Assembly: GCA_009914755.4 (NCBI GenBank)
Contig: CP068257.2
Location: forward strand, 20,928,001 to 20,992,000
Direction of reading: 5' to 3'
DNA length: 64,000 nucleotides
Origin: the human T2T-CHM13v2.0 reference genome, Homo sapiens
The position numbers were made by a program, and so were the translations under genes. Positions 18,003-32,900 of the stretch are shown here, piece by piece (positions within the stretch are counted from its first letter, which is position 1; every line of letters begins with the position of its first letter). The notes below the pieces were generated by a model. That model made no database searches. It was not told the DNA's origin and was given only the letters and a program-made list of their open reading frames with translations.

Positions 18003-19689
18003 TCATCTTCTCTACTTTTTTGTCTTATTTTTTGATTAACTTAATATTTTTTGCCTTTTTTTTTACCAATTTGTTTTAAATCTGTAGTTTACATGCATAA
18101 TAATAAACTTGATGTGTTTCTTAATTCACTTTAACAACTCCATATTTTTAGATTTTAATTAGAGAGCATTTAGTGTAATGATGAATATGTTTTAATTTCT
18201 CCATTAATCAATTAAAATGTATAAAGAGTAACTGGGCAAGTAAAATAGAAGAAGAGGCACTGCAGATATTCAATAGATTTTCTGAACAATTTTATCAAGA
18301 AGAATACAAGTATCGGAATGAAAAGGTCTAGTGTGTAATTTTTGTGGGTGATGAGGATAATATGGAGAAAATATCACTGTACAAGAGAACTCAACCAACT
18401 GAGGATTCAAGATGATGGTTTATCTATCTACATAGATATTAAAGTCTTTCATGGATGGTAAAATGGCAAGTACAGAAACAGAAACTCCGAAAAAGAGAGA
18501 GAATCCAGGTGAGGGATCTTGAGCAGTTGAACACAGCAGACCTGACTGATTCAACTGAAAAGATTCATTTCGGTTTTGGCTATATTTTGATTAATATCAT
18601 TAACCAAAATCTTCAATTCTGTTTTTCACATCTATTAAATTAGTTGTGCTCAATTTATAGTTTCCGAAAATAGTTGCACATTGAATAAAAAGGTTATTTT
18701 ACTTATACTAACAATTTTTCATAGTTTATCTTAGTTTGACCTGAAAATTGTTATTTTTTAAATCCCTATTATGACACACAGGAGAAGCTACCACAAGATC
18801 TAGCCTACGTGAGAATGTGGGACATTTGTTCAAAATTATTAAGAATGTTGTCAGTGACAGTAGAGCATTAAACCAAATGCGGGTTTCTTTCTTATCATGA
18901 GGCCTGTGCAGCTACACAAATGGCATGCCTATAAGGGCAGCCCTGATGCCGAGGTAAATATTTACAAATCATTATAATACAAATTATAATGAATTGTATT
19001 ATCTTGATGCTTCAGTGAGTTTCTTTTTTGATACTCAGGCTTGTCTCTACCCCATGCATCTAACACTTGTCACTTCTGCTTAGAGAGAAATCTACCATTG
19101 AAGAACGAGAGAAATAAAGAAATAATGGGGTAAATATCAAAATTCTACTGCTAAACACTGCCATGTCTTGAGCTATCACTTCCTTCAGTTGTCTAAATCT
19201 GATAAACATTCCATTATAGAACGGGTAAGACAGAACCGGAGTGGAAAGGAAGCAAGAAAACTGATACTGGTGAGAATTTCTATGCAGAAGACCTTGCCCT
19301 GAACACAATCAAAGGTAGCTTCCAGGAGAAGACACAGGGACACCAGATAAATTTGAAGAAATAAGCATCGAAGAGAACAAAGTCATGGTTTCTTAGAGGC
19401 CACATTGAGACACAAGGTCTCTAAGTCACAAAAGTGACAAAGTTGTAGAGTTGGCTCTTTGTGATAAAAAAGGGGGAATAATTCTCAAACTCTTCCATAA
19501 AACCAAGGAAAAACATGGAGGGTGAGTGAAACTTTCCGTGCCCATTAAGTGGCCTGAGATGTTGCTGAGTGAGTGCATGGCCTGGAGAACTCTTTTAGTA
19601 GATGGGGAGCTCAGTTGCCATAGGTCCTTTAACAGTTGCCAACATGGAGGTTTGATATTACCTGACAAAGAGTGAAACATATTATCTGT

Positions 19690-20063
19690 ATTGTTCCTTT
19701 CTAACGCTGATATTAAAGACATACCCGAGACTGGGTAATTCATAAAGAAAAGAGGTTTAATTGACTCACAGTTCTGCAGGGCTGGGGAGGCCTTGGGAAA
19801 CTTACAATCATGACAAAAGGGGAAGAAAACACATCCTTCTTCATATGGTGGCAACAAGGAGAAGTGCAGAGCAAAGTGGGAGAAAAGGCCCTTATAAAAC
19901 CATCGGATCTCATGAAGACTCACTCACTATCATTAGAACAACATGGTGGTAACTGCCTCCATGATTCTGTTACCTCCCACCAAGTCCGTCTTGTGGCACA
20001 TGGAGATCTTGGGAACTACAGTTTAAGATGAGACTTGAGTGGAGACATAGCCAAACCATATCA
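19690..20063 (-). mobile_element. MaLR LTR of the THE1/MST group (solo LTR), antisense
   Basis: tgtattgttcctttctaacgctgatattaaagacatacccgagactgggtaattcataaagaaaagaggtttaattgactcacagttctgcagggctggggaggcc ... tggagacatagccaaaccatatca. This is the reverse complement of the THE1 consensus, which runs from tgatatggtttggctgtgtcccc to ctttattagcagcg...taataca. The 165-aa ORF at 19426-19923 lies in this repeat and is spurious. Confidence 0.7.
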
Positions 20064-21164
20064 TTATTTCACCAGCAGCCACTTCAGGCATATGAAGACA
20101 TGGTTATGGTGAATAGAAGTAGGCATCTCCTTTTCCATGATGTTACAGGGCTTGGTAAACCTTCAGTTATTTAGAATTAACCCTAAGGAAAAGTGCTTAA
20201 AATGACATGTTTTCCAGAGATATTATAAATATATTTTCTTCTTTTGATATAATGAGGACAAACATATTCCTTAATTTGAAATCTAGAAAAATGACTCCGT
20301 CATATGAACATTGGAGGTTTTATTTTAAAAATTGTATACTCATTCCACTGACATTTGTCTTTTTGTCCATAAAACACATGCTTTAAAAGTAAATGGTTAT
20401 TCATGTCAGTATGAATTGGGGGAATACTAATATCATAAAAAGATTTTAAGCATCACCTATGAATAAATACTGCCATAACCTTTTATAATTACCTAAATAT
20501 TGTTACCATTATATAATAAATTGATGAATGTAAAGTTTATCATATTATGGCAGATTCATAGAATAATTTTATCAAAGATATAAACCTATTCTTAATGATT
20601 CTACATGATATATTAGACAAATTTTTTTAACCTCAGGACAACACGTATTTATATTACTTTTTCTGTGTTTCACTCAATTTTTATTCTGCTATGCCAACAG
20701 CAAATAATGTTATTTGCTACTTGTATTTATGTTTTCACTTTTATTATGCCTATTTCAAAATAATTCAAAGGTTAATGCATTGAATTATTATGTACTAAAA
20801 TGAATCTAAACTACTAGACTGCTGTGAATGAAAAATAATTCTGTGTAATATATATTTAAATCATCAAGGCAGACTGATTTTAGGCTTATTTGTCATATAA
20901 ATTTAATGGGGAATGCATATGTGTGTCACAGAATCTTTCTATAATTTTTTTAAGCAAGGGCATAAAGCATATTTAGTATAATTTGATAATGTACAGATTC
21001 TAATACCTAAAAATTTAATATCTATTTCATACAAATAAAATAATTCTCACATTATTTTTAAACAGAGAATTAAAAGTACATTGTCATAGAAACAAAGGTC
21101 TAGGAAATGTAAGCTAAGTTTTTAATTACTGTCTTAATAACCATATAGCCTTGCATAATTTTAT

Positions 21165-22695
<1,531 letters not shown>

Positions 22696-22711
22696 CTCAA
22701 AAAAAAAAAAA

Positions 22712-22990
22712 AAAAAGACATACATATTAGTCCATTTTTATGCTGCTGATAAAAGACCTACCCAAGACTCCACATGGCTGGGGAGGCCTCACAATCATGG
22801 TGGAAGGTGAAAGGCACATCTCACATGGCAGCAGGCAAGAGAAAAAAATGAGAGCCAAGTGAAAAGGACAACCCCTTATAAAACCATCAGATCTCATGAG
22901 ACATATTCACTACCAGGAAAACAGTATGGGGGAAATCGTGCCCATTATTCAATTATATCTCCCTGAGTCTCTCTCACAACGTGTGGGAAT
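22712..22990 (-). mobile_element. MaLR LTR (THE1/MST-like), antisense; the portion matching the consensus start is missing
   Basis: catacatattagtccatttttatgctgctgataaaagacctacccaagactccacatggctggggaggcctcacaatcatggtggaaggtgaaaggcac ... cacaacgtgtgggaattatg. Confidence 0.65.
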
Positions 22991-23073
22991 TATGCTAGAA
23001 GAGTCAAACATATTTTTGATAAGCTATTAACCATTAATAGGCAAACTTATTAACTAAAACTAGAAATAATTTC

Positions 23074-23578
23074 TGTATTAGTTTGCTAGGGTTACCATTT
23101 AAAAAAAATTATAAACTGGGTGGCTTAAACAACAGACATTATTATTTCATAGGTCTGGTGGTTAGTAGTTTGAAATTAAGGCAACAGCAAAGTTGGTTCC
23201 TTCTATAGGCTGTGAGGGAGAATCTGTTCCGTGCCTCTCTTGTAGCTTCTAGTGGTTTACCAGCAATTTTTGTCATTTCTTGGTTTATAGTAGCATAACT
23301 TCAATCTTTATAAGTCATTCTCCCCTGTCTATCTATGTCCATTTTGCCCCTTTTTATGAGGATACTAGTTCTACTGATTTATGAGGACACCAGTCATTCT
23401 CCCCTATTTGCCTGTGTCCATTTTGCCCCTTTTTATGAGGACACTAGTTATATTGGTTTAGGGTTTACTCTAATAACCTCATCTTAACAGATTTAGATGC
23501 AAAAACCCCATTTACAAATAAAGTCAGTAGTGATTAGAGCTTCAATTTCTTTTGGGAGACGCAATTAAACCCACAACA
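23074..23578 (+). mobile_element. LTR-like interspersed repeat of a second MaLR-related family (MST/MLT-like; exact name not assigned), containing an internal ~70-bp tandem duplication (about 23315-23445)
   Basis: tgtattagtttgctagggttacc...aactgggtggcttaaacaacag ... ggctgtgagggagaatctgttccgtgcctctcttgtagcttctagtgg ... ataacctcatcttaacagatttagatgcaaaaaccccatttacaaataaagtcag ... gcaattaaacccacaaca. Homologous copies lie at 47020-47433 and 55745-56092. Duplicated block: gtcattctcccct...gtccattttgcccctttttatgagga(t/c)actagtt. Confidence 0.5.
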
Positions 23579-26023
23579 GTTCATTTTTCAAATATAGTAT
23601 ATCTCAGCTATTTAGTTAATGTCAGACCTTCAAAAGTTGAACTACTGTAACTTTTCCAAATTCACGTCATTTGCTATATGATGTGATTGGAGGTGAAAAA
23701 AGAGTTTTCTTGGTTTCTCAACCTAACCTGTTGTCCAAACCTAGTTTCCCTGAAAGTATTGCTTTGAGAATTTCAGCATGAGTCCAGTAGTTGTTAGTCT
23801 TTCCCATTTACTATTTTGGGATTTTGGGAGTGTCCTATAGGGAAGAGGTGTGATTAATAGGAACTTCTTTCTGTGGTCCTAGAAAAATATGATCCAGGGA
23901 TATGTGATTCTTTATCATGTCCTTAGCAAGAGATTATGCTTTGAAGTGACTAATTACTTTACAATTTTTCAAAATGCCTTGAAAAGAATTGCTGGTTAAC
24001 TGCAGAATTATTTCCATCTCCAACAACAAGAAATTATATAAGAAAACAAGTATTCAGGCAAAGGGCATTGCAAAGGATATCATTGTCTTCTTAAGAGACA
24101 TAAAAAACAGTGTAATGGACCTGGTTAAAGTCAACCACACAATATTAATAGTTAAAAAGGTACATGACATTTCATCAAAGGATCCACAAGCCTTTGCAAT
24201 TGCAGTAATAAGCCTTGAACACTCTTTTACACTGTGGAGTGATGAGTGAGAAAAGAGGGAATAAGGGAGTTAAATCATGTTATCTCTTATCTCTACCTCC
24301 TCCTGAATAAATTGACTTTTATTTTAAAAGCCCAGGTGTCAAGAATAGCTAATTAGCACAGACCATATGCTGAAATTAGGAGAACTGGAATAAACAATCC
24401 ATAATTATGGAGCGGTTTTTACTTTCTTTTTTTCTCCTTTGAATTTCATTTTAATATCTTATTTGATTTTATGGGCAGGGCCAAACAATTTAAAATAAGA
24501 GCTCAATGGAAAAGAAATTTCAGCTGGGGAAGCCTAGTTCACTTAATGATTTCAGCATTACTTTATACCTGATTCTTGGGCAGAGAAAGTAATATGAAGA
24601 GAACCTCGTGTCTGGCAGCTATTTTCCATGAAATAGTCTACATGACCTTAACCTTGACTAAGCATGTGTTTTCTAGATCAAGGATGCTGCTGCTGACAGA
24701 ATTTGTGAAGAAATTGGCACCTTACAAAACTTTCTTAGGTCAAAAGAAAAAATCTTTTGAAAATATGTGATGTTGAAACTACAATATAAATGATGAGACA
24801 GTGTCATCCAGTTGAAGATGGAGAAGTGGTATTTCAGGAATTGAAATCGAGCCAAGGGAAGACTTGATGTGTTTAGGGAACTAAGAGCACTTGGATAACA
24901 TACAGGAAGAGGAGAGTTTTGGGAGATTGAGGCTGGAGAGGAAATAATAAAAATGCAATAGCATCAGTCTTGCTGACATCTAATGTAAATATAAATAGTC
25001 AGTTACAGGCTACACAAGAAAATCCTGATCATACAAGATTATGCTATTCAAAATGCTTTCCCCTGCCAGGATACCCTAAGTTGAAAAGAATCCCAAAACA
25101 TAGTTATTAATATACAGATAAATGTGTCCATAGAAAGGAAATAAAGAAGAATCCTCTATTATACCATTCTTTGGAGACACAAAGAGAATGGGGACAAAGG
25201 TAAAAAAAACACACTGATCGTCACTGCAAGTCTACACTGCATTAGACATTTTGTTTTGTTTGCTTGCATGAATTAGCTCATGTAATATCACAACAATCTT
25301 ATAAAGTAAATGCTATCATTATTTTCATTAAACTGTCCAAAGTTACAAAACTGGCTTATTTTATATCTGAAGTAAGAACGAAAAAACTGTGGTTCCAAAA
25401 ACTGACTAATAATCATATGCTCTTCCAAGAAGCAATGGTAAATTAGGAGTCTCCGTGAAAGGCAGATATATCCTGTTATTTAATACAACCCCTAATTTTA
25501 AAGGACTAACAATAACATCAGTAATTTCTGAGTGGTGAATGCTTTATTTTTTTCTTGTGATTGTCATACACTTCCCCTACATTAGAGACAATAAATGTAG
25601 TCTTGTTTGGTAAGTGAGACAAACAGAAATAGATTTACGTATGTTCCCACAGTTACTTAGTGGAAAAACTAGACAACTAATGTTTTAATTGTTAATCTAG
25701 TGTAATTCCGATTGAACCACATTAATTCAAAAAATTCCCACCAGTTGTTGTTTGGCCTAAAACACAATAATGCTGCTGACCAAAGAACACAAAATACAAA
25801 ACTTTTAAACCTTGTCTTATCCATAATTTTTATACATCTCCATAGCTCTACAACCAAAATCATCTGTCATATTGTGCTGATTTCATTCATACAAAAACAG
25901 AACTCAATGTATTTTAAGGTTATACCTTCATTATTACGTTTGGTTAAAACCTCAGCTCAATGATGATGAACTATAGTTACAGAAAATTGTCAGTTAATCT
26001 TGGTTTTAAAATTACCAGCATCT

Positions 26024-26422
<399 letters not shown>

Positions 26423-27410
26423 TCACCCTGGCTGGAGTGCAGTGGTGAAATCTCGGCTCACTGCAACTGCGAGGTGGCAACGTGCTAGCAGCCTTTGCTC
26501 ACTCTCGGCACCTCCTCCGCCTCAGCATCCACTCTGGCTGCGTTTAAAAAGCACTTCAGTCCGCCGCTGCATGATGGGAGCCCCTCGCTCGCTGTGGCTG
26601 GAGCCTGCTCCCTCTGCTTGCAAGGAGGTGTGGAGGGAGAGGCGCAGGCAGGAACTGGTGCTGCGCACGGTGCTCCTGGGCCAGTGTGAGTTCCAAGTGG
26701 GCACGGGCTCAGCGGGCCCTGCACTCCGAGTGGCCGGCCAGGGCTGCTAGCCCCGGGAAGGGAGGGGCTTAGCACCCGGGCCAGCAGCTGCAGAGGGTGC
26801 CGGGTCCCCCAGCACTGCCGGCCCGCCTGCCTGCGTTTGAATTCTCCTCAGGCCTCAGCCGCCTCCCCAAGGGCAGGGCTCGGGACCTGCAGCCCACCAT
26901 GCCCGAGCCCACCCCACCATGGGCTCCCACGTGGCCCGAGCCTCCCTGGATGGGCACTGCCCCCTGCTCTGTTGCACCCGGTCACACTGACTGCCCAAGG
27001 GGTGAGGAGTGCAGGCATGCAGCGTGGGTCTGACGGGCAGCTCCGCCTGCGGCCCCAGCGCAGGATCCACTAGGCAAAGCCAGGGGGACTCCTGAATTGG
27101 GTGGGGACTTGGAGAACTTTTATGTCTAGCTGGAGGATGGTATATGCACCAATCAGCACTCTGTGTCTAGCTCGGGGTTTGCCTATGCACCAGTCAGCAC
27201 TCTGTACCTAGCTAATCTGGTGGGGACTCAGGGGAACTTTTATGTCTAGCTAGAGGATTGTAAATGCACCAGTCAGCACTCTGTGTCTAGCTCAGGGATT
27301 GTAAACGCACCAATCAGCACTCTGTAAAACGGACCAATCAGATCTCTGTAAAATGGACCAATCAGATCTCTGTAAAATGGACCAATCAGCAGGATATGGG
27401 TGGGGCCAGA

Positions 27411-27428
27411 TAAGGGAATAAAAGCAGG
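27411..27428 (+). promoter_or_regulatory. TATA-like box (gataagggaataaaagcagg) of the LTR12, preceded by an array of CCAAT boxes (27130-27395)
   Basis: The canonical LTR12 promoter layout is repeated CCAAT (NF-Y-type) motifs, then ataaaag, then R. I read this from the sequence. Activity is not assessable here. Confidence 0.55.
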
Positions 27429-27502
27429 CTGCCTGAGCCAGTAGCGGCAATTCCTTGGGTCTTCTTCCCTCCTGTGGAAGATTTGTTCTTTTGCTCTTCT
27501 CA

Positions 27503-27508
27503 ATAAAT
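27503..27508 (+). promoter_or_regulatory. Poly(A) signal AATAAA of the LTR12 R region
   Basis: ctcttctcaataaatttcgctgctgctcactgtgggtttgcactgcc. A CA-containing GT-rich stretch follows downstream. Confidence 0.5.
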
Positions 27509-29654
27509 TTCGCTGCTGCTCACTGTGGGTTTGCACTGCCTGTAGCAGTCACTGTAAAGGTCTGCAGCTTCACTTCTGAAGCCAGCAGGACCATGAACCC
27601 ACTGGGGGGATCGGAACAACTTCTTGCCTTTGAGAGCTGTAACAGTCACTGCAAAGGTCTGCAGCTTCACTCCTGAAGTCAGCTAAACCAGGAACCCACC
27701 AGAGGAAAGAAACTCCAGACACATCTGAACATCTGAAAGAACAAACTCAGGACACTGTCTTTAAGAACTGTAACACTCACCGTGAAGGTCTGCAGCTTCA
27801 CTTCTGAAGTCAGTGAGACGATGAACGCATCAGAAGGAAGAAACTCCGGACACGTCTGAACATCTGAAGGAACAAACACAGGACACACCATGTTTAAGAA
27901 CTGTAACACTCAACTGCGAAGGTCTGCAACTTCATTCTTGAAGTCAGCGAGACCAAGAACCCACCAATTCCAGACACACAACCTCCGCCTCCCAGGTTCA
28001 GGCGATTCTCTTGCCTCAGCCTCCCAGTTAGCTGGGATTACAGGCGCTTGCCACCACACCCAGTTTGTGTTTTTTTTGTATTTTTAGTAGAGACGGGGTT
28101 TCACCATGTTGGCCAGGATGGTCTTGATCTCCTGCCCTCGTGATCCACCCACCTTGGCTTCCCAAAATGCTGGGATTACAAGTGTGAACCACTGCACCCG
28201 GCCTGCAAGCATCTTTGATCTTTGCAGCAGTTTGCTAATGAAATCAATAAACTTAACCTGGACTTTTATCTTCAGAATTATTTCCAATAGTTTTAATTAA
28301 ACATTTTGCTAGCATTAATAATTCACTTTTTTTTTAGTGGATAAATTAACACATGTTAACTGCTTATGGCTAACAGATGTAGTGTTAACAAAACTCTAGT
28401 TTCCAAAGTAATTTTGTCTTTTGTCGCTGATTTCAGAAAGTATCAACTCTTGAAATGAAGACAGATGAAACCATTTTAGGAAAAAATAAATAGGAAAAAA
28501 GAGGCATTAATCATCAAAACAAAAAGATCTGAGCATAAGAACAAATATTGTGGTAAGAAAAGTTTGATAGAAGAGCAAATATTTGGCAAGAAAAATTTAC
28601 CATTGTTTCCTGGAAGGGCATAGTGATTAAAATCTCATCTTTGGGGACCAGACTTTTTAAATTTTTTGTGTCTCCTAAAAAGAAGGTTTGTTTTCATTAT
28701 GCATTTTATTTTTCTATTTTCAAGTCATTCTAAATAAAATTAGGAACAAAATATAAGTTTTATGGTTCCTATGCTTCGTCTATATTTAAAAATATATTTT
28801 AAAAAACTTATATTTTCTAAAAATTAAAAGGAGGCATACTGTAACTACCTGATGGATTCTTCTTGCCCACTGTACAGACAAAATCAATCTAATAAGAACA
28901 TGGCATTCAATGAAAGAAAGATTTTAGTTGATGCAAAGCTGGCCAAAACATGCAGGAGATGGAGTTTTTACTTATATCAATCTCCTTGAAGGCTGGAAGG
29001 TTAGGGGTTTTTCAAACATAGGTTAGTGGGCAGAGGGTATGGGGAGTGCTGAATTCTAAGTTTGGAGATGAAATCATAGGGAGTTGGAGCTGTTCTCATG
29101 CACTGAGTCGGTTCCAGGGTGAGGGCCACAGGACGAGTTGATAAGTCTGGGTTGGTCCATTTGGTTGGCAGAAATGCGAAAACCTAAGAAGACATCTCAA
29201 AAGGCCAATCCTAGGTTCTACAATAGTCATGTCATCTGCAGGAGTAATTAGGGAAGTTGCAAATCTTGGGACCTCCAGTCCATGGCTGGTTAATTATTTA
29301 ACTACACCTACATCTTAGTAGAATTCATGTCCTTCTCATTCTCCTAACTTGGTGGCCTTTCATTGGTTTCACAAGGGCAGTTTAGTTCTTGGGAAGGGCT
29401 ATTATCATTCAAACTATAAAATAAATTTCTCCCAAAGATAGCTTGGACCATGCCCAGCAATGAGCAAATATAACCAACCTGTGAGACTACAAGCAAGATG
29501 GAGTCAGCTGTTCAGAATTCTCTTACTGTCATAATTTTGCAAAGGCATTTTTTCAATACCTTTTAATAAATTGATAAGCTGTATTTTTTTGTAGATGTTT
29601 CAGTTTTCTAGTTATAAAATTATTTGAGCAACATATTAAGTACTCAGACACAGT

Positions 29655-29757
29655 TAAAGTAAAAATACTAATATTTATTAATGTCTACTTTTTTCTTAAC
29701 TCGTTAAAGTAAAAATACTAATATTTATTAATAAATGTCTACTTTTTTCTTAACTAG
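29655..29757. repeat. ~50-bp tandem duplication (2 copies; the second carries a 4-nt insertion)
   Basis: ttaaagtaaaaatactaatatttattaat(aaat)gtctacttttttcttaact occurs twice in tandem. Confidence 0.85.
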
Positions 29758-29789
29758 GTTGCTTATCTGAAAGAAGGAAACCGCCTTTG

Positions 29790-29960
29790 CAGAAGTGAAA
29801 GAAACCTAACTTAACTGACTCCATCTTGCTTCTACCTTCCAAGCTGTCCTTGTTCATTCCGGGCATAGGCTGAACAAACTTTGGGAGAAACCTAGTTTAT
29901 AGTTTATAGTTTAAACAAAGATGGTAACAGCCCTTTTCCAAAGCGGACCTCCTTCTTGTC
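29790..29960 (+). repeat. Unclassified interspersed repeat, copy 1 (homologous to 37975-38160)
   Basis: aacctaacttaactgactccatcttgcttctaccttccaagctgtccttgttcattccgggcataggctgaacaaactttgggagaaacctagtttatagttta ... compares with gacctaactgactccattttgctcttaacttccaagctgtcgttgtttattcctgggcagaggtcaaactaactttgggaggaacttagtttatagttca ... This is about 80% identity over about 170 bp on the same strand. Confidence 0.6.
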
Positions 29961-32900
29961 TGGGAACTAGAGTGCCTTTGTAGGACTAATATTAGCCACA
30001 ATATTAGAGATTATGGTTTAGGAGTCATGCAGCTGGAGGCTACAAGATTCTGACCCTCTCTAAACTGCTCCTAAGAACACTGAGATATTTTTCAGACCCT
30101 GCACTTGATGGATCAGCTGGCACCACCCAGATCAATAAACTGGCTCATCTGATCTTGTGGCCCAAACCCAGGAACTGACTCAGCAGAAGACAGCTTCAAC
30201 TCACTATTATTTCATCCCTGATCAATCAGCACTCCTGGCTCACTGCTTCTCCCCACCCAACTTCTAAGTTATCCTTAGAAACTCTGCTCTCCAAATGCTT
30301 GGAGAGACTGATATGAGTAATAATAAAACTTCGGTCTCCCGCACAGCTGGCTCTGCATCAATTACTCTTTTTTTATTGCAATTCCCCTATACTGATGAAT
30401 TAGCTCTGTCTAGGCAGCAGGCAAGGTGAACCCCTTGGGCGGTTACAACAACATATTGTGCAGATCACTATGATGCAGGATTTTTGCTTCTCAGTTCAGC
30501 TAAATCCATGTTCTTGTCTCACAACCAGGAAAAATTAGGCACAAGGACACATTGAAGAGTGAGCGGGCGGAATATATTAAGTGAAAGGAAAGCTCTCAAC
30601 AAAGAGAGAGGTCCTGCACTTAGGTTTCCACCTCACAAAATTGAATGCCAGGTTACCACACACTAGTTGAAGAGGCAAGGCTCCTCCCCAGCATAAGGTG
30701 TGAATTTCTGGTGGCTATACTCTATTCACCCCGTGCATGTGGGGAATGCCCAAACAAGACAAGCCCCCTATGCAGGTTCCCCTATCTGCAAAAACCTGGT
30801 GGAAAGACTTGTGGGATGGGTTGGAAATTCTCCAGGGACCTTTCTCTATTTGCCTGAGCATTTGGCTGTCTCTTGCCCCTATCAACTATTCACTACATAA
30901 AATTAGTCCCTTGCAAGTATTTTCATGCTTATCCCAAAGCTTGTGTAGATGACACTTCATTTCAGTTAATGGGTTCTGTGAAAAGTTTTCCTTAAATAAG
31001 CAAGAAGAAAAAAATGCTGTCTTTTCGATCTAGAACGCTCACACCAATCATAAAAAGAAAAATCAACTTGTATTAAATTGGTTCTACAAAAGATATGTTA
31101 ACTGGAACAGAGTTCAATATCTATAGAAAATGTTAGATGGAAACCAAAACTTGAACATTGTTTTTAATTAAAAAAGGCTCATTAGTTTTGAGTTTGTCAG
31201 CACAATAACCTAAATATGTCTGCAAAATAACAGAGTCATTATCATTGAACTATATGTAGATCTGAAAATAAGTATCAGTACAACAGGCTTCCCCCCTCTA
31301 CTTTTTTCCTTCCTGCCCTACCCACGAATAGAGAACAACTTCTCTTTCACCTGTGCCAAGGATTAGGAGAAATGGTAAATTATTAGTTTATATATATATA
31401 TATATATCCAGGAATTAAAAAATTGCATGCAAATTTAAAACAATGTTCTACAGCAGTAATTTAACTAGCATTAGAAGGTTGAAGACATTAGTATATAAAA
31501 GTTCATTTGATTTAATTCATTATTTTAAGCTAGAAATTTACTCCCGTGCAATTCACTTTTTTCCTTTCTTTTTTTCAGGTGTAAGTACAAACTGGAAAAG
31601 GATATTTAATTATTAATTTAGAAGAGAAAAAGTTGTGCAGAGGGTGAGCTAACATAGATGGAAGAACGGAACGTAAATATATCAATTCTGCCGTTTAAAT
31701 AAGAATCAAACTGGCCTCAAACCACAGCAGCGTAATTTCCATAGAGAAAAAAGTAAAACTCGAATAAAAGAATTAACTAAATAAAATACACCCAAAAAAA
31801 GACAAAATCAATTTTTATTTCAAGTGTTCATGGAGGAGATAAGTATAGATCTCAGGTAGTCTCATTAAGCACAGTTTTCAGAAATTATAAAAAGTTGAAA
31901 TATTGCAGACAAGACTATGTGATTATATTACACTAAAATAAAATGTCAAAAACATAAGCACATATAAAAACTGTTACTAAAAATAACAATTATATGATAG
32001 CTTTGAAAACCATATTAATTATTTGTGGATCTAATACATTTAAGTCTATCTAGAGTAAACATGCACACACACATATGTATAATTAAAACATTACATAGCC
32101 ATCCTGGTGGGAAATAGCTAAAGCTGAGCACAGAATAAGAGTAACAGTATTAAATATTTTTGTTAATTTAATTTTGTTTAAATAAACTCATGAATTTCAA
32201 CATTTAGCAAAGAAAGACAACAAAGACTATTACAACCTAAGAAAGCAAAGGGGGCATAAAGCAAAGGGAGGCAATTAAACATAAAGGTAGAAAATAGCCA
32301 ATTAAAGGCAATAATGTGATAGAAACCATATAAAAATTGAAATGCGGTTATCTGATAATCAAAATATTAGCTAACAGCCAACAAATACATAAAAATGCAA
32401 CACTCAAAATAAGAGATGGTTATTAGGAAACCACAACATATACAAATAATTAAATAATCGAAAGATTCCTTTGCCCAATGCTATTTAATAAATTTAAGGA
32501 TCAGAATTAAATGGATAAAACTGTAGAAAAATAGAACATAGGAAACTTGGTAAAGGAACTCAAATATAAAACGGTGTAGTTAAAGTGACGGGTCATAACT
32601 AAATAAATTCATTTTAACCACAATGCAAAATTTATCTTAAGCAGAAAAGGTTTTCAATATTTCACCTTTTTAATACCCTTGATGCAATTTAAATATTCAA
32701 TTTCAATTTATTATTTCAAAAATTATCGTTCCATGCAAAAATGTGAGTGTTTTATTACCCTATATTTTTTCAGAAACTGATAGTTATGAACTGAATTGTG
32801 CCCCTCCCTCAAATTCATATGTTGAAACCCTAATCCGTAATGTGACTATATTTGGCCATAAAACCTCCAAAGAGGTAATTAAGGTCAAATGAGGTCACAA

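Larger units (their letters stand above)
26468..27978 (+). mobile_element. LTR12 (HERV9 / ERV1-class) solo LTR, ~1.5 kb, flanked by a 4-bp TSD caac (26464-26467 and 27979-27982)
   Basis: Starts tg...(tgcgaggtggcaacg) and ends ...ccagacaca. It has a GC/CpG-rich 5' region (26468-27070). It has tandem copies of gcaccaatcagcactctgt(g/a)tctagct CCAAT-box units (27130-27390). It continues ccaatcagcaggatatgggtggggccagataagggaataaaagcaggctgcctgagccag ... ctcttctcaataaatttcgctgctgctcactgt. Then come 3-4 tandem repeats of cactg(t/c)aaaggtctgcagcttcacttctgaagtcag(c/t)gagac.a(a/t)gaacccacc, typical of LTR12. The 60-100 aa ORFs at 26442-27073 are translations of the GC-rich U3 repeats. Confidence 0.8.

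Noticed and set aside
19426-19923. A 165-aa minus-strand ORF
   Set aside because: About half of it lies inside the THE1/MST-type LTR (19690-20063). The rest is low-complexity flank. LTR-derived ORFs of this size arise by chance.
26442-27073. A cluster of 60-100 aa ORFs on both strands in a GC-rich segment
   Set aside because: All of them lie within the GC/CpG-rich U3 part of the LTR12 solo LTR. High GC suppresses stop codons, so long ORFs appear in every frame on both strands, which is a sign that none is real.
27130-27975. Regularly spaced direct repeats (a ~30-bp gcaccaatcagcactctgt unit, then ~70-bp cactgtaaaggtctgcagcttcac... units) that superficially resemble a repeat-spacer array
   Set aside because: They are the intrinsic tandem subrepeats of LTR12 in a primate genome. 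The 'spacers' are not unique, they are themselves repeated. The context is eukaryotic, so this is not CRISPR.
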